Assembly: GCA_050303655.1 (NCBI GenBank) | Contig: JBNLCE010000005.1 | Location: 1 to 32,000 of the forward strand | DNA: 32,000 nucleotides | Source of the DNA: Patescibacteria group bacterium | GTDB lineage: Bacteria > Patescibacteriota > Patescibacteriia > 2-12-FULL-60-25 | Reading direction: 5' to 3' | Shown here: positions 17,297-25,466 of the stretch, in pieces | Position numbering within the stretch: the first letter of the stretch is position 1 | Layout of the letters: each line of letters opens with the position of its first letter | Program-made: the position numbers and the translations under genes | The notes under the pieces: model-generated | Seen by the model: only the letters and a program-made list of their open reading frames with translations | Databases searched by the model: none | What the model was told of the DNA's origin: nothing

Positions 17297-17926
17297 TTCC
17301 TGTACCAACTCCCCGATCACAAGAAACCTCCGGAGCGCGGTGCCAATGGGGTAGGACGTCTGCACCGTCAGGAGCGACTCCGAGCCGTCACCCTGGTCCA
17401 GCACAGAGAGGTCTTTCGGCAGTACAACCTTTGTTTCACGAATACGATATCGAAATGGCGTCCCTTCACCGTCTGTCACCGTCACCTCATCTCCGACTTT
17501 CAAATTCGGAAGATTGGCAAAAACATATTTAAAATCCCCCGCTCGCCACGCGTAATCACTTGAATGGCCAAAGATGTACACGTTCCCCGGCTGTCCAGGC
17601 TTCGCAGTTCCCGGGAAATGCACGACGCCGTTCTCGAGAGCTTTTTGAAACGCGGCTTCATTCGATTCCCTAATGTAGACAATGGGCGCGTCCACACCGA
17701 TTTTGGGAATCAAGATCCGATTTGATTCGTACACACGAACCGGCCCCTCCGGCGCCGCGTCAACCAAAAACGGATCCCGCTGACCTGCGTCAACGGAATC
17801 CGTATTCGTGTTTCGATCAAGATAGTAGCGTACCCGCGCCTCAAAGAATCCGTAGTTCAAGGAAACGATGATTGCGAGTGCGCCGAGACCGGCGAGCGCT
17901 ACTTTTTGCGCTTGCGTCCGATCCAT
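17294..17926 (-). CDS. Sortase-family protein lacking the catalytic cysteine
   Basis: N-terminal TM anchor, IPKIGVDAPIV, GNVYIFGHSS (catalytic His). The TLxTC motif reads LLTVQTSYP (Ser codon TCC at 17354-17356), followed by the conserved Arg (ALRRFLV). The protein contains no Cys at all. It overlaps the 3' end of the LPRTG substrate gene by 28 nt. Confidence 0.85.
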   Translation of the reverse strand: MDRTQAQKVALAGLGALAIIVSLNYGFFEARVRYYLDRNTNTDSVDAGQRDPFLVDAAPEGPVRVYESNRILIPKIGVDAPIVYIRESNEAAFQKALENGVVHFPGTAKPGQPGNVYIFGHSSDYAWRAGDFKYVFANLPNLKVGDEVTVTDGEGTPFRYRIRETKVVLPKDLSVLDQGDGSESLLTVQTSYPIGTALRRFLVIGELVQE

Positions 17927-20900
17927 AACAGAGGCACCGCCGAAAGAAGAAGGCTTGCCGCCGGTGTTCCCGTGCGTGGAAGCTCGGTTACAGGGTCTGT
18001 TGACTCTTCCGCCGGATCATCCGTAGCCTCATCGGAGGCACCAAGCACGATCGGTGTCGGTTCTGGTGACTCCGGAGTACCTCCACCCGTTGCCGGTGGG
18101 TTTGGATATGACGTTGCTTCCCAGCGAGGCGTACTTCCGCCCGCGCTTCCTCCGCCTCCTGAAGAACCTCCGCCTCCAGAAGATCCACCACCTCCGCCGG
18201 TGTCACCCGGGTCACCACCACCATCACCAGGATCTCCTCCACCACCATCGCCGGGGTCACCGCCTCCGCCGTCTCCTGGATCTCCTCCACCACCATCACC
18301 GGGGTCGTCGTCTGATTCGGCACACGTAAGGATGATGTTATCCAAGAAGCCGCCATTTTGGTCATCATCACCTGCCGCCGCAAACGTCACCTTGTGCGTT
18401 CCGGCAGTCGTTCCTGTTGCTGACATGGTGTACAACACCCACGCCGAAGTGTCTGTGCTGTGCACCGTGCCCATCAACACGTCGTCGAAGTACACGTCGA
18501 TTTGGTTATCATTCTCATCCGAGGTGCGAGGGCGATACCAGAAGGAAAGTTCGTAATCACCACCATCAAGATCCACTGTCTGAGACATTGTGCTGTTTGA
18601 TGTTCCTCCGTCCACCAAAGGATCCACGTGGCTATCGAGCTCGGCGTAGTGAACGCCGTCCTGAGCCGGAACAACCTTTCCATCGTACTGAATCTCAATT
18701 CCAGGGCCGTCTTCTGTAATCCAAGAGTCTCCGTCGCCATCTGTGACGTCCGGAAGGATACCGAAGACATCCCACTGCTGAACCGAGTTCACGAGATCGT
18801 TCAAGAGATTGCCCCAAATAATACCTTCGCGGTCGTCCACCTGCTCAAAGCTTCCGTTCAAAAGAAGGTTCGGGTCGGTGCACTGATCCTCTTCTTCAAC
18901 CGGTGCGCGGTATACGTTACGAACGACAAGCGTCCGGTTTGGCACACGCGAGCTAAGTACAATGTGACCGTCTGAATCATTGTTTCGCTCTCCGTCATCC
19001 GACGGATCATCGTTAAACAATTCGCCGGAGTACAAGAATGCGTCATCAATGGTCATGTAGTCGACCACGTTTTGGTCGTTGTAGTACGGAGCTGAGTACG
19101 AGGACGTTGCACCCGTGATCACCTCTTCGCCGTAGAAGTAGTTTCCAAACTCGAGGTTGTCATACGTCACACACTCCGCGTCCGGAACGTCATCGCCATC
19201 CAGCAAATCCGTGTTGTAACTCAACGGAGCCGTGAATGTGGTGGTTGGGAGAATATCTGCGGCAGTAAATCCATCCGGTGCATCAACACCTGACACAGCG
19301 AACTCGTCGCCCGTTGATTCAGAGCCGTCGATGATGGCACCGAGCTCATCTGTAAGAACTTTACAAATCGTAATGGAGCCATACTCCGGATCTGGGTCCG
19401 GATCTGGGTCTGGGTCTGGGTCCGTGTCAGCACATGCAAGAATAATGTTGTCCAAAAATCCACCGAGCTGATTTTCCGTGCCGGCGGCGGCAAACGTCAC
19501 CTTGTGCAGCCCAGGCGTTACACCCGTAAGCTCGATGGTCTGCAAGCTCCACGTAGACGTGTCCGTGTTGCTCACCGTGCCAACAAGCACGTCATCAACG
19601 TACACCTCGATCTGGTTATCATCGTCAGACGTGGTGCGTGGACGGTACCAGAACGAGAGATCGTATTCTCCACCTTCGAGGAGAACGAACTGCGACATTG
19701 TTGTGTTCGTTTGGTTACCGTATGTGCTGTTTGGGTGGCTGTCGAGTTCCACATAGTGTGAGCCCTCCTGCGCATCAACCACGGTTCCGTCGTACTGAAC
19801 TTCGATTCCAGATCCTTCTTCCGTAAACCACGAGTATCCATCTCCATCCATGACATCAGGAAGCGCGCCAAACACGTCCCATGTCTTTACCGCAGACACA
19901 AGCGCGTTCAAAAGAGTTCCCCACACTTCACCAATGGTGTCGTCGGTTTCCTCAAACCCGCCATTCAAAAGAAGGTTTGGATCGGTACACGAATCCTGTG
20001 CGATAAAGACATTGTGCACCCAAAGCGTCTGATCTGGTTTTTCGCTGGTGAGCTCCATGTGTCCATCTGAGCCTGGATTTGCATTTACATCGTCAGATGG
20101 ATCGTCGTTAAAGAGCTCATCGTAGTACACATCGGCTTCAGAACCCTTAGGCCCGTCATCAACATAGACCGGATCTGCAAACGAATCCGCCATATCACCC
20201 TCAATAGCTTCCGGAGCGTAGAAATAATCTCCAAGCGGGAGGTCATAGTACGTGACGCAGTATGCATCAAGCTCATTCACATCTCCGTAGGTATCTTTGT
20301 TGGGTGTGTATGGCGTGGAAAGAATCATTGTCGGAAAATCAGCCGCAGCCGTCATACCCGCCGGCGCCGGTGCTCCGGTGATCGTAAACATTTGTCCCGG
20401 AAAAAATACGCCGTCAAGCACGTTGCCGGCTTCATCCGTCAACATCTTACATACGGTAATTGAACCAGTCTCGTCCTCATCCGGCGGTTCAGAAGGGTCT
20501 CCGTCGCAAGGGCCAACATAGTCTAATTCATGACCCGCAGTGCCAACTTCATGAGTGTTATAACCGGCTTCACCCGGATAGATTGTGTGCGCATTTTCAG
20601 GGCTACCATTGGGCACGTGACAAATCGGCTGGGGCCCATCCACTTCAGGAACGGCCGGGGCTTGATCACCCGGATCCTCTTCCGGAACATCCGGCTCTGG
20701 ATCACCTGGTTCAGACGGATCCTCGGAAGGATCATTGCCCGGATCATCTTCCGGCTCTTCAACTTTGCCTTCGGAACATGCACCAACAGTGTCGCCATGA
20801 TTCAAGTGCGTATCCAACGCCGAATCATCAATACTGATGGTTTCTTGGGCGTCTGTACCCGCCTCATGGCAGATGGTAATTGGTGCGGCAATCGCCACCG

Positions 20901-20964
20901 GACCCACAAGTTGCCCAAAGGCAAAAATGGGGATTAAAAACGAGACCAGTCTCTTCGACATCAT
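17899..20964 (-). CDS. Large LPXTG-anchored surface protein with internal duplication
   Basis: Start moved to the ATG at 20964 (MMSKRLVSFLIPIFAFGQLVGPVAIAAP signal peptide). C-terminal sorting signal: LPRTG (17968-17982), a hydrophobic stretch, then RKRKK. There are two ICH...HGD..G.C mini-domains, and two ~350-aa repeats each made of a SpaA/prealbumin-like segment (GSIT[VI]CK) plus a jelly-roll/DUF642-like segment (CTDPNLLLNG.FE...GGFLDNIIL.C). Confidence 0.85.
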   Translation of the reverse strand: MMSKRLVSFLIPIFAFGQLVGPVAIAAPITICHEAGTDAQETISIDDSALDTHLNHGDTVGACSEGKVEEPEDDPGNDPSEDPSEPGDPEPDVPEEDPGDQAPAVPEVDGPQPICHVPNGSPENAHTIYPGEAGYNTHEVGTAGHELDYVGPCDGDPSEPPDEDETGSITVCKMLTDEAGNVLDGVFFPGQMFTITGAPAPAGMTAAADFPTMILSTPYTPNKDTYGDVNELDAYCVTYYDLPLGDYFYAPEAIEGDMADSFADPVYVDDGPKGSEADVYYDELFNDDPSDDVNANPGSDGHMELTSEKPDQTLWVHNVFIAQDSCTDPNLLLNGGFEETDDTIGEVWGTLLNALVSAVKTWDVFGALPDVMDGDGYSWFTEEGSGIEVQYDGTVVDAQEGSHYVELDSHPNSTYGNQTNTTMSQFVLLEGGEYDLSFWYRPRTTSDDDNQIEVYVDDVLVGTVSNTDTSTWSLQTIELTGVTPGLHKVTFAAAGTENQLGGFLDNIILACADTDPDPDPDPDPDPEYGSITICKVLTDELGAIIDGSESTGDEFAVSGVDAPDGFTAADILPTTTFTAPLSYNTDLLDGDDVPDAECVTYDNLEFGNYFYGEEVITGATSSYSAPYYNDQNVVDYMTIDDAFLYSGELFNDDPSDDGERNNDSDGHIVLSSRVPNRTLVVRNVYRAPVEEEDQCTDPNLLLNGSFEQVDDREGIIWGNLLNDLVNSVQQWDVFGILPDVTDGDGDSWITEDGPGIEIQYDGKVVPAQDGVHYAELDSHVDPLVDGGTSNSTMSQTVDLDGGDYELSFWYRPRTSDENDNQIDVYFDDVLMGTVHSTDTSAWVLYTMSATGTTAGTHKVTFAAAGDDDQNGGFLDNIILTCAESDDDPGDGGGGDPGDGGGGDPGDGGGGDPGDGGGDPGDTGGGGGSSGGGGSSGGGGSAGGSTPRWEATSYPNPPATGGGTPESPEPTPIVLGASDEATDDPAEESTDPVTELPRTGTPAASLLLSAVPLLWIGRKRKK
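18136..18312 (-). repeat. Gly/Asp low-complexity tandem repeat (PGDGGGGD x ~5, then GGGGS-like)
   Basis: Direct 24-bp periodicity is visible in the DNA. It encodes the stalk between the repeat domains and the sorting signal. Confidence 0.85.
18322..20466 (-). repeat. Intragenic tandem duplication (repeat 2: 18322-19380; repeat 1: 19432-20466) joined by a (DP)n linker at 19387-19428
   Basis: The two ~350-aa protein blocks align end to end (for example SFWYRPRT..D.DNQI.VY.DDVL.GTV, HKVTFAAAG...GGFLDNIIL.CA). Confidence 0.85.
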
Positions 20965-21095
20965 ATGTATTCGTAAATTGTTACAATTCGCGTTCATTGT
21001 ATGTACAACGTAGCAATAAATCCAGCATCGGGACACAGCCCGGCAAGATCGAGCAACTTTAAGGGAAGTTCAGTGAATATGCAAGGGATATATAA

Positions 21096-21128
21096 AGAAA
21101 AAGCCCCGCCGAACGAATCGGGGGGGCA
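21096..21128 (-). terminator. Rho-independent terminator
   Basis: Minus strand reads GCCCC...GGGGC followed by TTTTTCTTT, about 20 nt after the stop at 21147. Confidence 0.6.
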
Positions 21129-21146
21129 TTTAACACCCACACGGGT

Positions 21147-21776
21147 CTAGGAACCGTCTAGACACGGAATGCCCAGAACACACAAAAAGAAATACGCATC
21201 AGGGCCCGGCGCTACATGCAGCCGCCATCCTCCGTCCTTAGCTGGACTGAAGAAGAGCGCGAGCTCTTCACCATCCGCCGTAAGGACCGTGCTGCCCGGA
21301 ACATAGTAGGTTCTGCGGCCGACTGGCGGACGCGCATCCGTCCACGATACAGCGAGCTCGATATTCGCACCCTCGTGCCCGTGCTCCTTCAGGCTACGCA
21401 CAATCCTCTCGGGAGATTCGATTGGCCCGACGTGTTTGAACAGCGTAAGCTGGCAACGCGGCTGATCATACGGGATCTGACGCGCGGGTCCGGGCCGCCA
21501 CTTCAGCCTCATCCCCGAATCCAAATTGTTGCTCGGGAACTTCTCCATCAGCCCTTCGACAGTTAGAAGGATCGGCGATGGAGTTGGTACAAAGGACATG
21601 TCCACCGGCCGGAGAATATCCTCTTCCTGAAACGAAGGCCTATGCACGGGCTGCCCTGTTGGCGCCGTAGCTCGAGGCTTCGGCAAAAAATCCGCCAGAA
21701 CGCCGGCGACCTTCGCAACCACATCCACCGCCGTTAAAAACAAAAACGTCGGCAACTGCTTCAACTTCTCGCTCAT
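21147..21776 (-). CDS. Hypothetical protein
   Basis: Start moved to the ATG at 21776 (AAAGGAG-6 nt-ATG). The track's N-terminal extension reads through an intergenic palindromic element. No family recognised. Confidence 0.6.
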   Translation of the reverse strand: MSEKLKQLPTFLFLTAVDVVAKVAGVLADFLPKPRATAPTGQPVHRPSFQEEDILRPVDMSFVPTPSPILLTVEGLMEKFPSNNLDSGMRLKWRPGPARQIPYDQPRCQLTLFKHVGPIESPERIVRSLKEHGHEGANIELAVSWTDARPPVGRRTYYVPGSTVLTADGEELALFFSPAKDGGWRLHVAPGPDAYFFLCVLGIPCLDGS

Positions 21777-21856
21777 GTCTTTCTCCTTTCTCGAAAGAAC
21801 ACTCCACCACGGAGTTGGCAATAGCAAAGCACATTTCATCCGTTTTGTCACGCCCG

Positions 21857-21865
21857 TGGTATAAT
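21857..21865 (+). promoter_or_regulatory. Extended -10 element (TGGTATAAT)
   Basis: Perfect TGnTATAAT ~110 nt upstream of the ATG at 21975. The 10-mer GTGGTATAAT recurs at the nrd promoter. Confidence 0.45.
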
Positions 21866-21891
21866 TTTCTTGTATCAATCTCAATAAATGT

Positions 21892-21960
21892 GTCATTCCC
21901 CGACTTGATCGGGGAATCCAGAAATCGAAGCTGGATCCCCGGGTCAAGCCCGAGGATGAC
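21892..21960. repeat. 69-bp double-hairpin palindromic element (REP/MITE-like)
   Basis: GTCAT-TCCCCGA-CTTGA-TCGGGGA-ATCCAG / 9 nt / CTGGAT-CCCCGGG-TCAAG-CCCGAGG-ATGAC. The two halves are inverted copies with the same loop and different self-complementary stems. Confidence 0.7.
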
Positions 21961-21974
21961 AAAACAAATTTTTT

Positions 21975-23129
21975 ATGAAAAAACTTCAAATATTCGCGAT
22001 CTCCTTTTTAGGGATCGCAACACTCATCGCCCCCGCATCTGCCGCGCGCATGGTCGGAGGCGACCAAGTCAGTTTGCGTGAAAGCGATCCGATTCAAGAG
22101 GACGTCTATGCGGCCGGCGGCATCGTGTCAGTGGCAAGCGACGTTCAAGGCGATGTTCTTGCCGCAGGTGGAAACGTCTACATTAACGGCGTAACCGACG
22201 GCGATGTTCATGTGGTAGGTGGTGATATCGAAATCGACGGCACCGTACGTGGTGACGTACGCGTCGCCGGTGGACAAATTGAAATTGGTGGCATTATCGA
22301 GGAAGACCTCGTTGTGTTTGGAGGGTTTATCCGCATCAAGCCGGATGCAGATCTCCGCGGAAACGTTCACATTGTTGGTGGAATGGTCATGTTTGAAGGT
22401 ACTGCCTCGGGAGTACTCAGTTTTTACGGCGGTCAAGCGCAAATCAACGGCGTGCTCCACGGACCGATATACATTGAAGCCGATGAGGTCGATATTCAAA
22501 GCGGCGCCATGCTCGACCTGGGCGGTATGGTGAAGTCCTCCAGCGACATCCGTGTGGATGAAAACGCCACAATCTCGGGCGAACTGCAGAAGGAGAGGTT
22601 GGAACGAGACATTAAATCCCCGAAAAACAAAGAAGAGGCAGCTCGTGATTTTGCCGGGTTGATTCTTAGTCTCGTTGTTGCCGGCTACCTCATCATGCTC
22701 GTAACCGGGCTCGTAGCCCTCAAGGCGTTCCCCCGCTCACTCAATGGACGCGCCGGCGAGGCATGTAAGGATTTTTGGCCAAATGTGGGTCGAGGATTTA
22801 TCGCGGCCGTTGTTGTTCCAATTGCGGTATTCCTGCTCTTCCTCACGGTCTTCGGATCATTTATCGGTGCATTCGTGGGTGTTGCCTTTGCACTGCTGGT
22901 GATGGTCGCCAAGCTCCTGACGTTCTTCATTCTTGGTTCAGCCATTTGGACACATCTCTTTAAGCAAAAAGATGGCGGCGCAAATTGGAAGACACTTCTC
23001 ATCGGAATCGTGGCGGCGTTCATTCTCCAAATGATCCCGATCTTCGGATGGATCACGCTCTGGATCTTCTTCTTGGCCGGTCTTGGCACGATGACCAACC
23101 ACGTGCTGAAAGAAATGAAAAAGAAATAG
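21975..23129 (+). CDS. Secreted bactofilin-like (polymer-forming cytoskeletal family) beta-helix repeat protein with C-terminal polytopic membrane domain
   Basis: Signal peptide (APASAA), then ~200 aa of G-D-V-x-V-x-GG-x-[IV] repeats, then ~5 TM helices. Confidence 0.7.
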   Translation: MKKLQIFAISFLGIATLIAPASAARMVGGDQVSLRESDPIQEDVYAAGGIVSVASDVQGDVLAAGGNVYINGVTDGDVHVVGGDIEIDGTVRGDVRVAGGQIEIGGIIEEDLVVFGGFIRIKPDADLRGNVHIVGGMVMFEGTASGVLSFYGGQAQINGVLHGPIYIEADEVDIQSGAMLDLGGMVKSSSDIRVDENATISGELQKERLERDIKSPKNKEEAARDFAGLILSLVVAGYLIMLVTGLVALKAFPRSLNGRAGEACKDFWPNVGRGFIAAVVVPIAVFLLFLTVFGSFIGAFVGVAFALLVMVAKLLTFFILGSAIWTHLFKQKDGGANWKTLLIGIVAAFILQMIPIFGWITLWIFFLAGLGTMTNHVLKEMKKK

Positions 23130-23132
23130 AAG

Positions 23133-23657
23133 ATGGCCAAAGCACGGAGGAAAAATCACACGCACTCAAAACACGAAAAGGCGACATTTGTACGCAACTT
23201 CATCTTTGGCGTGGAAGACAGTCTCGTCTCCACCGTTGGGCTTGTGTCCGGTGTCGCCGCCGCAAACGTGGATCGCCGTACGATCTTTGTATCCGGCATC
23301 ATCCTTATTGTGGTTGAGGCGCTCTCGATGGGAGTTGGAAGCGTTCTCTCTGAAACCTCCACGCAGGAGTTTGTGTTAAAGCGCGTGAGGACGCAGGGTA
23401 CAACAATTATCGGCGGAGTAATCATGTTCTTCTCCTACTTTGCCGCAGGTTTCATCCCGCTCCTCCCTTACATCCTTCTCGATGTGGAACGCGCCTTCCC
23501 CACGTCTATCCTCGCGTCTCTTGCGTTTCTCTTCATCCTCGGCTACATAAGCGCGCGAAAATTCAATGCTCCGGCCATCCGGAGCGGAACGCGCATGCTC
23601 GTCCTAGGCGGCATCGCGATTCTCGCCGGTGTGGGTATCGGCACGTGGATTGGGTAG
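23133..23657 (+). CDS. VIT1/CCC1-family iron/manganese transporter
   Basis: FIFGVEDSLVSTVGLVSGVAAA motif, with paired TM blocks of VIT-family topology. Confidence 0.85.
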   Translation: MAKARRKNHTHSKHEKATFVRNFIFGVEDSLVSTVGLVSGVAAANVDRRTIFVSGIILIVVEALSMGVGSVLSETSTQEFVLKRVRTQGTTIIGGVIMFFSYFAAGFIPLLPYILLDVERAFPTSILASLAFLFILGYISARKFNAPAIRSGTRMLVLGGIAILAGVGIGTWIG

Positions 23658-23811
23658 TTACCAAACCCTAAGGGGAGTTCATTCTAATGCCTTGAACGAA
23701 GAATATATTCTCCGAACGCAGCAAGACCGACGCTCTGCGAGCTCCGACGCATGTCGGAGAGCTGCTTCGCAGCAAGTGAGGAGGATGTATTCGAGTGAAA
23801 AGTCCGCAAAC

Positions 23812-23840
23812 AAAAAACCGCCCCGAGGGGTGGCTTTTTG
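23812..23840. terminator. Bidirectional rho-independent terminator
   Basis: AAAAAA-CCGCCC-CGAG-GGGTGG-CTTTTTG, 13 nt after the stop of the RRM gene. Confidence 0.75.
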
Positions 23841-23852
23841 TTTAGGACGCTC

Positions 23853-24110
23853 TTAGCGTCGTTCCATCGGCTTTGCGACGTTCACGACAATCTGACGGTC
23901 CATGTGTTCGGTGCCGTCAAGGGCGTCAATTGCGGCCTGTGCCTCTTCGTCGGTCTTGAATTCTACGAATCCAAATCCGCGGCTTCGTCCTGTCTCGCGG
24001 TCCATGACCACGTTGGCAGAAACGATCTCTCCGTACGGAGAAAAGAGTTCTTTCAGGTCCTCATCGGTGGCATCCCATGAGATGCTTCCGACAAACAACT
24101 TGTTCTTCAT
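23853..24110 (-). CDS. RRM-type RNA-binding protein
   Basis: RNP2 (LFVGSI) and RNP1 (RGFGFVEF) motifs, 85 aa. Confidence 0.9.
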   Translation of the reverse strand: MKNKLFVGSISWDATDEDLKELFSPYGEIVSANVVMDRETGRSRGFGFVEFKTDEEAQAAIDALDGTEHMDRQIVVNVAKPMERR

Positions 24111-24225
24111 GATATTTGAGAGAACTAATGAATTATTACCACTCCCGTGATCATGACGAGCAAGAGAACTGGTAACGCATAGAATACACTATTTTCAAGA
24201 AATGTCAAGAGCTCGCGGCGTTTCC

Positions 24226-24720
24226 CTACTGTAAAAAGGGGTATTTCTTCACAAATTTCATTTTTGACCATGCCTCTCCAAACCCAAAGGCATTACCGGC
24301 TTCGATGCGTGGCAACAAAAGAAGGACGATGGCGTAAATGATGTGTTCATCCAAAATCGGGTTATGTGCCAGCGGAAGAACCGCAAAAAACATAAGAAGC
24401 ATGAGCAGTGCCCCGGTCCACGCGGCAATCCGCATACCAATTCCCAAAATGAGCGCAAGACCGATACAAAGAAGACCGAGCATAAACAACCAATCCACCA
24501 CAGCACTCCCCGCCATTGATTGATACACCCCGGCGAACGGGCCCGAGGTACCCATCTTCAAAAACCCTTCCGTGGGCGACGTTCCCAAAAGCCACGCTTT
24601 TTCCGGTGCCGTTGCATAGCCCCAGCCAAACAATTTATCCAAAAACGCCCAGAGGAGTAACCACCCCATTGTTATGCGGAGTGCTGCGGTCAAAAAGATA
24701 CGGCCCATGTCTTTTTTCAT
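24226..24720 (-). CDS. DoxX-family membrane protein
   Basis: GWLLLWAFLDKLFGWGYAT...AWLLGTSPTEGFL...DWLFMLGLLCIGLALILG pattern, as in DoxX proteins. Confidence 0.8.
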   Translation of the reverse strand: MKKDMGRIFLTAALRITMGWLLLWAFLDKLFGWGYATAPEKAWLLGTSPTEGFLKMGTSGPFAGVYQSMAGSAVVDWLFMLGLLCIGLALILGIGMRIAAWTGALLMLLMFFAVLPLAHNPILDEHIIYAIVLLLLPRIEAGNAFGFGEAWSKMKFVKKYPFLQ

Positions 24721-24723
24721 AAC

Positions 24724-24754
24724 GTAGCGAGTAGCGAGTAGTTAGTAGCAAGTA
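24724..24754. repeat. Heptamer tandem repeat (GTAGCGA GTAGCGA GTAGTTA GTAGCAA GTA)
   Basis: Read directly in the 56-bp spacer between the nrdG stop and the doxX start. Confidence 0.7.
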
Positions 24755-24776
24755 ATTGTTATTCTCAGTTCTAAAT

Positions 24777-25466
24777 CTATCGAGTAGCAATCTCTACAGA
24801 AGGATACGCCTCTTTGAGTTGTGTCACAAGATTTGGCACGGAAAACGGAATGGACGACGGGAGATCCGGATCCAGCGTGTTCCCCAATCGCGTTTCCTGA
24901 ATGTACCAGCTCTCTCCCGCCCGGAGGTAGCTTCCCATCTCCATAAAATCCTCTTCGGTGTGTACGCCCGGGCATATTGTGGTCCGAAATTCATGCGCGA
25001 CGCCAGAATCTCGAATCAGCTGAAATGTTTCGCGGCAATTCTTTACGACTGCGTCTGTTCCCGTACGCACCACATCAACGTACCGCGACCATACGTTCTT
25101 CAGATCCATCGCAACGTAGTCGATGATCCCCGCTTCCAAAAAGGAACGGACGACGCGCGGATGCACGCCGTTCGTATCCAATTTCACGAGAAACCCCATC
25201 GACTTTACGCGTTCAATGAACTCACGAAGCCCCGCCTGAATGGTTGGCTCGCCGCCGGTGATGCATACACCCTCCAGCATCTTCCGATTTTTTTGAAGAT
25301 GATCAAACACCACGTCTTCGGAGACACTCGCCGGCGTTGTCGTAGAAATCAACTCCGGGTTATGGCAGTACGCGCAACGAAACGGACAACCCTGTGTAAA
25401 CACGATCGAGCTCAGTATGCCCGGATAGTCCGTTAAGCTCAGCGGCTGAAATCCGGCGATGTTCAT
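24777..25466 (-). CDS. nrdG: Anaerobic ribonucleoside-triphosphate reductase activating protein (radical SAM)
   Basis: CPFRCAYCHN (CxxxCxxC). There is a 4-nt ATGA overlap with nrdD. Confidence 0.93.
   Translation of the reverse strand: MNIAGFQPLSLTDYPGILSSIVFTQGCPFRCAYCHNPELISTTTPASVSEDVVFDHLQKNRKMLEGVCITGGEPTIQAGLREFIERVKSMGFLVKLDTNGVHPRVVRSFLEAGIIDYVAMDLKNVWSRYVDVVRTGTDAVVKNCRETFQLIRDSGVAHEFRTTICPGVHTEEDFMEMGSYLRAGESWYIQETRLGNTLDPDLPSSIPFSVPNLVTQLKEAYPSVEIATR

Noticed and set aside
18322-20466. Diversity-generating retroelement (template and variable repeat) as the source of the duplicated surface-protein blocks
   Set aside because: No reverse transcriptase gene is nearby. The two copies are both in-frame parts of one protein, and they differ throughout rather than at adenine-specific positions (as far as can be judged by eye).
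23743-23782. Long hairpin CTGCGAGCTCCGAC-GCAT-GTCGGAGAGCTGCTTCGCAG, and the 75-aa ORF 23629-23856, in the VIT1/RRM spacer
   Set aside because: The hairpin has no U-tract or recognisable family. The ORF has no usable SD and runs through the bidirectional terminator. It could be a small RNA, but there is too little evidence to call it.
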